Shown: positions 52,915 to 64,000 of the stretch, piece by piece
Position numbering within the stretch: position 1 is the first letter of the stretch
Layout of the letters: each line of letters starts with the position of its first letter
From: Camelus ferus
Lineage: Eukaryota
NCBI RefSeq assembly: GCF_009834535.1
Contig: NC_045697.1
Location: forward strand, 82,152,001 to 82,216,000
Direction: 5' to 3'
Length of the DNA: 64,000 nt
Program-made: the position numbers and the translations under genes
Notes under the pieces: model-generated
The model's input: the letters and a program-made list of their open reading frames with translations, nothing else
Told to the model about the DNA's origin: nothing
Databases searched by the model: none

Positions 52915-53323
52915 AAACAGAAAGACTGGTGATTGCTACAGGCTAGAGACGAGGGAAATGGGAAGGTATTGTTCAATGGATATGAAATTTCAGTTACACA
53001 GATGAATGACTTCTAGAGATGTGCCATACAACATACTGCCTATAGTTACCAATATCCTATTAAGTACTTAAAACATTTGTTAAGAGGGCAGATTTCATGT
53101 TGTGTTCTTACCACACACACACATAAACCACACAAATCAACAAACAAACAAAAACCAAAGAGGCACTGGGAAACTTTGGAGGTGATGGATATTTTCTATT
53201 ATGATTGTAGTGATGGTTTCACAGATATAAGCATATGTCCAAACTCATCGAATTGTAAACATTAATGCAGATTTTTATAAATCAATTGTACTTCAATAAA
53301 GCTTTTTTTAAAAAAGAAAAAAA
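52915..53323 (+). mobile_element. LINE-1 3' UTR (L1MA8/9-like)
   Basis: 'atttgttaagagggcagatttcatgttgtgttcttaccac', 'aaactttggaggtgatggata', then AATAAA plus an A-rich tail. Confidence 0.85.
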
Positions 53324-55095
53324 GGGACAGTGATGACTTGCTAAGTTGTATGCTTAAAAGTTAAAAAAATTCCTGAGAAATTAAGGTGGTAAATTCACAG
53401 AGATAAATTTCCAAGTCTTTGGATTTATGATTGAGTCTCCAAGTTTTATGCCTATACATGACAGATGGATGCAGTGAATGATATTGCTGGAAAAAGAGGA
53501 AGATAAAGAAGGGCTGAATTACTTATTCATAGACTATCCTGGCAGGAACATATCTGCTAAGTCACTGTCTCCTCCACTGCAGACTGTCTTTGATGCATAA
53601 TGCTTTCCTGAAGAAAATCATTGCCATGTGTTTAATGCACTTCCTTCTGTTGATCTTACATGTCCTTTGTTTACAACTTTTTTCATGCTTTTATTTATCA
53701 CTGCTAATCATAATTTTTGAACCACAAAAAGAATTGTGTACTACCTCTCTATTTTCTCCTGTTATTTTGACATGGGTTATTAGGTCTGTCACTTAGACAA
53801 TGAGAAAAATAACAGCAGTGAAGTTTATTGTACTTAGAAGTCATTTTTTATATTACTTCCAGCAATGTCTATTAAAAGTCTGTCCAATGTCTGTTGGGTA
53901 GAAATAATAAATCCTCATGGAAAAATATTGAACCATTACAGACAGGACATAAGTATGAAATATATTACCATTAATCCCTTTCTCATTTCCAAAGTTCACA
54001 ATCATTTGGGAGATATTTGTTACAATGATGTATGTGTTTAATTTCATCCAAATTAGCCTAAAAGAGGTTTGAAATCCTTATAATACATTGAGAATTTAAT
54101 CCTGCAAAAGAGTTGTGATATACAGTAGAACCTCATGCTTTATAGAATGAAAATGCTTTTGATTATTTGATTTATATTACTGATGTGGAGCTGTATATGT
54201 CTTCATTATGTCTTTGAAAACACTGAGCACCCTGCTTCTGCATCACTTTGGCAGCTCCATCAGTTTCCTGTAATGTGGATCTCCAGTGGGCAGCCACTGG
54301 AGATCAATGTGTGAAATAACAAGGACTTCTTAGGACTGTAAACCTGTTCTCTTGAGTATCATTACTATATTTTTCTCCTGTAACAAGGAAATTATGAATA
54401 CCACTGTTATGGCTGGATAAGCCAGGCAAAACCTTTATTTCAAGTCTTAAACTGAACAGTTTTCACAACTTCTCTGTTGCCAGATTCTATGTTCTGCAAT
54501 ATATCATCTTTTGGCCAAGTCCTGTGCCAAATGGATTTACTACATTTTAATTATAAGCATCCTTGTGTCACTTTCCTTGATAGATTACTCATTTGCTTAA
54601 GGAAGTCTAGGTATCAAAATTTTCATAATACATTGTTAAATCTCAACATTCTCTTTGTGGCAAAGGTAACTAGATGTTTGGAAAAAATCTGTGTCCCCTT
54701 GCCTCAAACTACTGAACCAGCCAAGGACTGTATTTCTTACTCCTTGCTTCTAGGGTGACTTCTCACAGTGAAAAGTAAGCATCAGAAATGTTTATTTTCT
54801 ATCTTAAGATGGTAAGGTCTGCATTTGTCTTCCTGCTGTTCCCTTTTGTGCCCACTGGATGTTGACGAAAAATTTGAAAGCCATATATTGAAGATATCAG
54901 AAATTCTGAAATATTCTACCCCTAAATAACTGTGTGAAATAGAGTCCATTAAGTCTCTGCCACTCCTGCTACAGAACAGGAGCACCTGCTTTTGATTTTA
55001 GCTAATGGAAAAATAAATTTTTGTTGCATTAAGTCACAAAAAGTTGGAGATTATCAATATCTTGGTTTAAATCAATTAATACAATACTAAAACTA

Positions 55096-55131
<36 letters not shown>
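55096..55131 (+). repeat. (TAT)12 microsatellite
   Basis: directly visible. Confidence 0.97.
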
Positions 55132-55464
55132 CTTTTAAAAATTTTATTCAGTAGAAAGTAACTTGGGGTAATTGTCATATCTTTGATGATCTAAGTAGAG
55201 AAACTTCATTAATTCTTGCCTCTACTTGCTAATCTCAGTAGAGAATATCTTATTGAATCAGATTTCATTAATATAATCATTTGGAAAGTTTGGGGTGACA
55301 TTTAATTTTTGAAAAACTGAAAAATAAAACTTTCACACAGAGTTTTCTGAGCAAAAAATACTGTAAAATAGCATAGGTGTATGTAAACCTCACTGCAAAA
55401 ACAAGATATTTGGAGAACTTTAGCAATATAGCAATACAGAGTATAGAGAAGTCAAATTCCAACA

Positions 55465-55670
55465 TTAGCTGGGACTAGTTTTAACTTCGTTTATTAGCTG
55501 GGTTACAGGAGTGAGTCACTTTATTTCTGTCTTTTGTTACTTAAAAAATAAAAATATATTAACTGTGCCTTTCTATAATATGTGGTTATAAAAGTTAATA
55601 AGAATAATGTATTTAAAGTGTTTAGCAGAGTGGCTATCACATATTAATAGTCAATAAATATTATTGTTAA
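55465..55670 (+). mobile_element. MIR SINE
   Basis: 'ttattagctgggttacaggagtgagtcactt...aagtgtttagcagagtggctatcacatattaatagtcaataaata'. Confidence 0.75.
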
Positions 55671-56459
55671 GATTTTATTATTAATAATAATTTGTATGCA
55701 AATAGATAATATAACTTAAAAATAATTCACATGTCCACTTACAGTGATCAACTTACTTCTTAGAAATATTTCATTAGTAGTTCAAATTGCTTTAAGCATT
55801 TGGAAGTAGTAAATCTTTATCTTTTTTAAATTTCCTAAAAGAGTTTTCCTAATTACCATTTTAGTAAAATTCAACACACTTGTGAATTTACATTTATCTA
55901 TAAATACATATACAAAAGCACATACATATATATATTTTTGAATTTTAATTCTATTTAAAATCACTTCTTTGAAGGAGGTAGCAAATGGCAGAGAGAGTAT
56001 ACAAAAGTTGATGAAATATAGTATTTGCTGTTATGTGGCAAAACATATAGTGAGAACATGGTAATTATAATTTTAGGTAATTGATTAATCTTGAAAAGAC
56101 TGATGAGAAAATTATGATAGAAGTAGACATTCCTTTGGGAAGTGTAGTCACATGTAGTAAATAATAATGTAAGTAAATGGAGATGTAGACTTATACATAC
56201 GTAAGTGGAGATTTGTCATATGTTATTTTAAGAAATAACATAAATAACCTAAACAACCTTTTATTACCATCCAGAAATACCAATATTGACATTACAAATA
56301 TATCTGCAACATACTTACTGAAAAAGATGTTGTATCTTTGGAAGAACTTATTAAAACGTATCTCCTTGTTGTTCTCACCTTAATTTCTGCATCATTTTCC
56401 GCAGATAAGAAAAAAAACAATGATTCATGATTTGGAGGTAAATTCTTCTCCCGACTCTT

Positions 56460-57474
56460 TTTTTTTTTTAATTGAAATATTTGTCAGTTTCTGGTGTACA
56501 GCATAATGTTTCAGACATACATATACATACATATATTTGTTTTCATATTCTTTTCATTGTAGTTTACTGTAAGATATTGGATATAGTTCGCTGTGCTATA
56601 CAAAAGAAATTTGCTTTTTTATCTACTTTATATGTAGTAATTAATATTTGCAAACCTCAAACTCCCAATTTATCTCTTCACACCCCTTTACCTCCCAGTA
56701 ACCGTAAGTTTGTTTACTATGTCTGTGAGTCTGTTTCTGTTTTGTAGATAAGTTATTTTCCTTTCTCTTTCTGGCTTACTTCATTTAGAATGTTGATCCC
56801 AGGTCCATCAATGTTGCTGCAAATGGCTCTTTCTGGCCTACTTCATTTAGAATGTCGATCTCCAGGTCCATCTATGTTGCTGCAAATGGCTCTTTCTGGC
56901 CTACTTCATTTAGAATGTCGATCTCCAGGTCCATCTATGTTGCTGCAAATGGCTCTTTCTGGCTTACTTCATTTAGAATGTCGATCTCCAGGTCCATCTA
57001 TGTTGCTGCAAATGGCTCTTTCTGGCCTACTTCATTTAGAATGTCGATCTCCAGGTCCATCTGTGTTGCTTCAAATGGCTCTTTCTGGCTTACTTCATTT
57101 AGAATGTTGATCTCCAGGTCCATCTATGTTGCTGCAATATGGCATTATTTTACTCTTTTTTATGCCTGAGTAGTATTCCATTGTATAAATATACCACAGC
57201 TTCTTTATCCAGTCATCTGTTGATAGATAGACACTTAGGTTTTTCATGTCTTGGCTATTGTATATAGTGCTGCTATGAACATTGAGGTACATGTATCTTT
57301 TTGAATTAGAGTTGTCTCCAGATATATGCCCAAGAGTGGGATTGCTGGATCATATGGTAAGTCTATTTTTAGTTTTTTGAGGAACCTCCAAACTGCTTTC
57401 CATAATGGCTGCACCAAACTGCATTCCCACCAACAGTGTAGGAGGGTTCCCTTTTCTCCACACCCTCCCTAGCA
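56460..57474 (-). mobile_element. Young 5'-truncated lineage-specific LINE-1 with TSD
   Basis: poly(T) at ~56458-56469; well-preserved ORF2 tail; 16-bp TSD tcttctccc(g/a)actctt at 56444-56459 and 57475-57490. Confidence 0.97.
56765..57143. repeat. Minisatellite/VNTR, 6 x 63 bp, inside L1
   Basis: units start at 56765, 56827, 56890, 56953, 57016 and 57079; consensus ctctttctggcYtacttcatttagaatgtYgatctccaggtccatctatgttgctgcaaatgg. Confidence 0.99.
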
Positions 57475-57899
57475 TCTTCTCCCAACTCTTCAACTATGAT
57501 GGAAATACTCCCTCTGTTTCAAGAGTGAATATTAGAAAGTGAAACCAAAAGAGCAATTTGTTAATCCAATCCTGTTTAACATAATGAAAATTTTGTCAAC
57601 ACTAATCAAAGTATCTTCCTCTTGTAGGCATCTTTTTAGAACATTTTTAGTACTATTTGTTGAGAAGACTTTCTTTTTAACCAATAAATTTGCTCTAGCG
57701 TCTCTGTTGAAATACTTTGATAATATGTGTGTGGATCCATTTTTCTCCCTCTCATTCCTTGCATTAATCTGTAATGAATATTTTATTGAGTTGTTGGTTA
57801 TGCTTTTATTATTGTTAAAGAAATGCAAGCTACTGAAAATGAAAATTAGTATCCTTGACTTAGCAATCAAAATGTAAGGCCTTTCTAATGTTTTAATTC

Positions 57900-58850
57900 T
57901 ACTTTCTGCTTATCCAACTTCCATGCTATTGTTGCTGGATATTTGAATTTTGTATATATTTTATCATATAAAACCATAACCATAAGATATCATTGTTTTA
58001 TATGTTAGTATTTATTTAGATTTACTCTCATTTTTAGTCTTTTTATTTTTCTTAATTCCTTCATCCAAAATGAGCTTCATTTTGAGTTCATTTTCCATTT
58101 TTCTGAAGGATGCTTTGATATTTTGCAATTTTGATGCAGTTCTGCTAAAATCTTTCAATATTTGTTTCATTCTTGAAAGATACTATCAAAAGACACAAAA
58201 TTATAACTCAGCAGGGATTTTATTTCAGCTTTTTGAAAGATAATAGTCCATTGCTTTTTGTTCTACATTGTTTTCATAGGGAAATAATCTTTTTTATCTG
58301 TTGTCTGTTTGAAGGTAATCTACCTTTTTTTCACTTGGCTGTCTTAATGTTTTCCTCTTTATTTTAACTTTTGGTAGTTTTATGATGTACCTCAATATGA
58401 TTTTATTCATTTTCCTGTGGTTTAGTAAGGTTTCTTCCTTTTAGCTTTAAGATTAATATCAAAAAATTCTGTCATTATCTTTTCAAATATTTCTCTACGC
58501 TGGTCATTGCCTCATCTCTTTCTGAAAAGTCAATGAACAATATTCTAGACTTTCTCATTTTATTATCTTTGTCTATAATCAGAATCACATCTTGCATTCA
58601 CTTGGCAAATCTCCGATTTCTAGTTTAATCCTGAAATTTGAACTCTCTGGCAACAAAGAGATCCTGAAATCTTTGCTAAGCTTTTTAACCTCACATCTCT
58701 AGCTTTCCACTGTGCTTCTTAGAGTCTCAGCCTACACATGAATAAGTTTTGGAGTCAGTTATCATGTTAAGGAGAATTTATACAGAGATTTCAGAATTCA
58801 CCCTTCTAAATCTTCCTCCCTAATTTCCTATCATTCTTATAGTTCAAACT
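57900..58850 (-). mobile_element. Ancient L1M fragment
   Basis: 'tttgaaggtaatctacctttttttcacttggctgtcttaatgttttcctc', homologous to the L1M piece at ~37.0 kb. Confidence 0.55.
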
Positions 58851-58869
58851 CCTTAGTTCATTATCTTTA

Positions 58870-59010
58870 CTGTTTCAATATCAGTATCCTGGTTGTGATA
58901 TTGAACTATAGTTTGCAAGATGCTACCATTCTAGGAAACAGAGTAAACATACACAAGCTGTAGAACTACAAGTATCTCAAAAAAAAAAAAAAAGTTTAAT
59001 TAAAAAAAAA
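58870..59010 (+). mobile_element. L1MC1-like 3' terminal fragment
   Basis: 'tatcctggttgtgatattgaactatagtttgcaagatgctaccatt...tatctcaaaa...agtttaattaaaa'. Confidence 0.8.
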
Positions 59011-59500
59011 TCTAGAGGAGAGAGCCCATGCCAGAACTAAAATTCCATAAAATTCCAGATACCCTCAGACTTAGTTCCATTATCGTCATTGAAAAGAAAA
59101 ATTTCCAGATTACTCTGATATATAACAAAATTTATGAACCGCTGAATAATGTTGTTAAAAATTACTTTAAACTTAACCAAGTTTCAATAGGTATGTAATA
59201 TAATTGTTTGATCTAACTGGAAAACTCCTTATATATCTTTGCTTGTTTGTTTTTCTTTATTGGGAACACATGTATATGTAAATCTGGTGGCCACAAGGAT
59301 CCCTGCAGGGTTTGCATATAGCTCAGAATACTCTTGATTGCTCTTGCTCAAAATGAATCCAGTGTGAATAAAGATTTCTGAGAAGTGGAGGAGAGGAGAT
59401 ATTAAACCCCTATTTTATCATGTAAATTCATCAGAGAGACTTACCTAAAAGCCAAATATACCAAAAAAGGGTAGAGATATACAGGGTGTGCTATTTTACT

Positions 59501-59524
59501 AAAAAAAAAAAAAAAAAAAAAAAA
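59501..59524 (+). repeat. poly(A)24
   Basis: directly visible. Confidence 0.97.
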
Positions 59525-61399
59525 GGAAATGACCGAACAGGAAAAGAAGCTAGATTTGGAACCAGTTACCTCTGAAGAATTTAGTGTTTCTTTTATTGGT
59601 TTTTGTCAAGAAAAGAGCTCAGTCCTATTATGTGGGAATAAATAATACTTACCTATTCAAAACAGTAAGTAAAGGAGACATTGAGAACATAGTCTCCCTC
59701 TGTAGGACAGCTAAATAAGATTCAGTTAGAGTGAAAAACTGGAGGGCACGAAAACCCATGTATAACATCTAAGCATGTATTAAAATGTACGAGAGTAAGA
59801 CTCTAACAGAATTTGTATAGATTTTTAAGCAGAAAGGTTGACAGTTTTAAAAAGGGGTTGGGAGGGAAACAAAACAATTGCAACACAAAACAAGCAAATC
59901 AGGTTTTAAAATATAAATAACCAACAAAAATTCATTTAGTAGAAAAATAATAGCAAAAATAGATATTTCTATATAGGGCACAATTTTGTATGCAGTTTCA
60001 TTAACTGATAATACTTGCATATTAATAAACTTCAAGACAGAAAAAAGCTGTTAGAAGTTTTGTATTTGTCAAATAAATTAGGTATAAAAGAATTAAGGAT
60101 GAAAAATATGAAATTATTAAGTATTTTATTTGTAAGAAATATCTCAAATGGTATATCATGAACCTGGGTAATACACCTTTAAATCAACTTAGAACATGCA
60201 AAAGCACTAATCCATATTAAGTAAATGAAAGTATCAATTAATCCCAATAAATAAAACTTGCTATATTATCTTATAATATAATAGATGCATAATTGAAAAT
60301 GGAAATATTAAAACAACTCTTATTTAATACAAAGTTCAAAGGAAAAGTCAAGTTTATAATATAATCAATTAATGTAAATATTAAAATAACTCCCCATCAT
60401 TAAAAAACATTAATCTCAAAGAGAAGGTCAAGTTCACAATAAAACTAATCGTGGAAATCATTACAATATGAAAATACTTATGAGAGCTAAGGGAATTTAG
60501 TTACTTTCTGAAGATAAGTGCATTGGTTTAAGTGTCTTTAATATTAAAATAAGAAGAATATTGATTGAAGTCCTTTGGGTAGTTATGCTTTTCAAGTAAA
60601 TTTTTCCATTTTGTGGTAGCTGTTAATGCAGGAAAAGAAAATTTGATGTTCATTCACCTCATGCTAGATTTTACCTTATGCTGGACTGTGGGCTACGGTA
60701 TCAAAATAAGTAGACTAATTCAAATCACATTTATTCTGGTCAGTGCTGGATTCTGTATAAGATGTTTAACTATCTAGTCTTTCAAAAATCATGGATAGCA
60801 AAATCAGTGGGAAGGACCTCTCAGTCACCACACACAACCTATTTTCAGAAGATGGTTTTAGAATTGTTTGGACCTCAAACAAACATTTCTCCAGCTTTAT
60901 CCTATGAGTGTTGTTCTCCCAAGATGACTCTGCTAGATCCCATAAAATAACAATAGCCTTATTAAGCTGAAAATTAGACTGACTGTTTTTCACATTTGTT
61001 AACTGTGAAAATTATACTAATAAATAAACCTCTTTCCCCAAATACACACATTACAAAATCTTCAGACTTTTGTCATGGCTTCTAAGGATTCAACCGTCTT
61101 GGACACTTTTCTCATGTGCAACCTTCAGATAACTTCCCAATCTCTTTTCTTGTGGTGCAGGGAGACTGGTGACAATAAATAGTTTTAGACTTGACTATCT
61201 CACAAATGTCAAAAGCTAACCAGGAAGTATGTGAGATGCAAAAGTGAGAACAAGAACGTGATGTAGCAAATACTAAAGTACTCTTTTCTCCCAAACAAAT
61301 TCATTTTATTTCCTGGGACACAATACTTCCCCAAACTAGCATTTCAATAATATTTTCCAATAACTCACTTTGCTTGAAGGAGACTGGCTAGCAGCTCCT

Positions 61400-61810
61400 C
61401 TAATCCGTTCCTCTTCTTCATCAGTATACAGTTGAATTGATTTTTCAGGCTCTTGGCAAATTATTCACGGCCACATAAGTGTATACTATTAGATGTGATA
61501 TAAGGCTTATTAAAATCATCACATCTAAATCACTATGATCTTTTTATTTATATCCAAGGGCAGATGAGCTAAGCCATCTGGGGATGGCTGAGCCACAAAC
61601 TGGAAGGATCTAATTCTATGTGGATTATGATTCCTAATGAATTTATGATTCTTTATAAATCATCAATTAAAGGAACACTGCCTGCTGATCAGAAACACTG
61701 TTTTGGAATTTACATGAGAATATAAGAAAATTCTAATATTCTCTTTTGTTTGAACAAACATAACTTTATGTTTGTAGGCTACAACATTTAGCATTATCAT
61801 AACTATTATA
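61400..61810 (+). mobile_element. Old MaLR LTR (MLT1H-J-like)
   Basis: 'ggatggctgagccacaaactggaagga' and 'ttggaatttacatgag'. Confidence 0.55.
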
Positions 61811-62959
61811 TTAGGCCAACCTAATTACTATTATAAAACCATTGTTTTATCTTTTTTTGGAAATGAGTTAATTGTCTCAAATAGAAAATGCCTTTAAGGT
61901 TATTAGTGTTATCTGCAAGGGGTTAATATAAAGTATAGTGTGAGAAAAATAAAGGCTAGATAAAAATTTAAATGCTACATATATGGTTATAGACCCCCAT
62001 AAGCAAATGTTGATGGCTAAATATCCTAACTTGTTGAAATTTGCTGGTGCAAACTAATGAAGAATCATTTATGTATGCATAGGGGAAGGAATTTTTGCTC
62101 ATTTTAACCTGAAAATAAGATAACATTTGCAAAAATATAGTCTTTATAACATACTGATAAATTAGTTGTTAGAAAATTCCAATTTAATCTAGCAACAGCT
62201 TTAAAATAAATTAAAGGAGAAACAGTATTCCCATTTGAAACTGTTGAAGTTTTACAGCAAAATTCATGCTTTATATTTACTACATGTTAAAATAAAAATA
62301 AAAAAGGAAGCATGAAAGGGAGAAACTCAAAATTAATGGTAACATAATAGCATCATTTCATTAAGTTATTTTTGTCGTTTTTCTAAAATTAATCCTCTTT
62401 CAGTTCATACAACAAGTTTTGCCAATTGTCATCCCATTAGAAATGCATTATAAGTATGTGCATGTATTTTGTTCTCTCTGTAATATCTTAAAAAATAAGA
62501 AGCATAGCTAAATGTATTTATATATAACTCTAAATACTTCTCAAGGGATCACTCACACTGATTTGAGGAACTTTCTCACCCATAATAAAATGAATAGCTC
62601 TGTTTTTGATTTCACCAATTCTGGAGAGAATAGGAATGACATTGCCTATAAATTATCAAATACGTTTCATGTAAACTGGAAGAAATAGCAATAAGTTAAA
62701 AATACTGAAAACAGCTAAAACTGATATGTTCAAACCCCAAAATAACTGATACTTGAACTTCATTAAATATTGAAATAGAATAACACACTGCAGCCAGGCA
62801 GTCACTAGGAAAAGTCACATACGTTTTGGCATTTTACAGTATTTATGATGACACAGTATTTCAAAGGGGCTGTATGATGGCAGGAGCAGTCCATCCCTAT
62901 CAAAAAAAAAAAAAAAAGATAATAGAATCTGAAATGATGATACTACATTTCAGAGAATC

Positions 62960-63400
62960 CCCTTGCCCATATGACTTTGAAGAAACATAATTAACCAAAA
63001 TTAGGAGGAGGAGGTTGAGCCCCAGCCATTATTCTCTGGAGGTCACTGTAGGTTAGAGTCCTTGAAGCAGGATGCCTGGCAGGTTCCCTTGTCCTCGCTC
63101 TTCCCGCATCTGCATTGAGCTATTCTTCCTGGGGTCCCTGCTAACCAACTGCAACTCTGGGCTCATCTTCAGATGCTTGGAGCAAATTCATAGGAACATT
63201 CATGACAAGAGGTAACAGAATTCCGCAGCCCACTCCTCTGGACCTTGTAAGTGCTGGACATGGCTAGCTTCCCGAACTTTCTGCAAGAGTCAATGTGCTC
63301 ATCTGCACCACTGACTCAGGAGACCTGTTGTAGGCTTTTTTCTGATTCTTCCCATTTGAGTTCTTTACTATCTAAGTTTCATTCCCAACTGTGTAAGATC
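62960..63400. mobile_element. Ancient LTR fragment (LTR78/79-like)
   Basis: minus strand reads 'gggaagagcgaggacaagggaacc...tgacctccagagaataatggctg'; GC-richer block with no ORF. Confidence 0.45.
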
Positions 63401-63480
63401 TTAGTCTAGTGAATAATTTTCTCATTTAAAAAACTATATACAGTGGTGGTTCTTCTCTTGACTGATCCTTAACTGATTCA

Positions 63481-63592
63481 GAGGATTATATTTCATGACT
63501 GTTATATTCTACCTTCATATCATAATATCCAACTGCTTTAGAGGATTATACTTTATGACTGTTATATTCCACCCTCATATTATTATGCACAA
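63481..63592. repeat. 60-bp tandem duplication (2 copies)
   Basis: 63481-63520 versus 63541-63580 differ at 4 of 40 positions. Confidence 0.92.
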
Positions 63593-64000
63593 TTAAGAAT
63601 TTTTTTCCTCCAAATGTTGCTTTGGATATTTTTTGGAAGCAGCTCTCACTGTAGTGAAATATTGGCAAAGTGCAAGAATGGGTAAGGACGATAGTCTCCA
63701 AATACTTCAGCTTTTGCTGACCTGAAACTGCAAATTTGTTAGAGACAGATAGAAATGGTAGCATGAATAATCAAAAGGTATTTAATCCAAATGGTTGTAG
63801 AAGATATTTTTGCAGTAACTGCCATGGTTTCACTGCAGGTATACCTGCCTAGCACATTTAGTTTGACTGGTATAACTGTAGATTAGCCTCCCCTGCAAAG
63901 AAAGGGCCTGATGAATGAGACCTCAGCTGGATGTAACATGAGGCAGGGCTCACCAAGTCTGTTTAAAATTTAGACACAACCAGAATGAAATATTGAAAAA

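Noticed and set aside
56790..57169. Two ~105-aa ORFs with 21-aa repeats, and a superficially CRISPR-like periodicity
   Set aside because: Both are by-products of the 63-bp VNTR read antisense to L1. The units are contiguous with no unique spacers, there are no cas genes, and the context is mammalian.
57532..57877. Overlapping 112-aa ORFs on both strands
   Set aside because: Low-complexity AT-rich codons, non-ATG starts, no recognisable domain or splice context.

Overview
Mammalian, very AT-rich, CpG-depleted intergenic or deep-intronic DNA, most likely from a camelid (camel/alpaca/llama). The taxon inference rests on a tRNA-Ala-derived Vic-1-type SINE, cetartiodactyl-type L1 3' ends, and no Alu, BovB/Bov-tA or PRE1 that I could recognise. 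I found no intact protein-coding gene and no RNA gene. Nearly all listed ORFs are chance ORFs, repeat-derived ORFs or microsatellite artefacts. The window is a patchwork of transposon relics: a decayed class I ERV gag-pro-pol on the minus strand (2.1-6.2 kb), solo LTRs, MLT1 LTRs, L1/L2/MIR fragments, two Tigger1 derivatives, and a MER58A split by an MLT1. The most noteworthy items are (i) a 6 x 63-bp VNTR grown from the ORF2 C-terminus of a young, TSD-flanked L1, (ii) a ~100-bp MIR segment copied 700 bp away with loss of a splice donor, and (iii) a CpG-bearing 26-nt micro-exon candidate at 42869-42894. I see no convincing evidence for a novel biological system. Repeat subfamily names come from recalled consensus motifs, not from a database search, and boundaries of old repeats are approximate.
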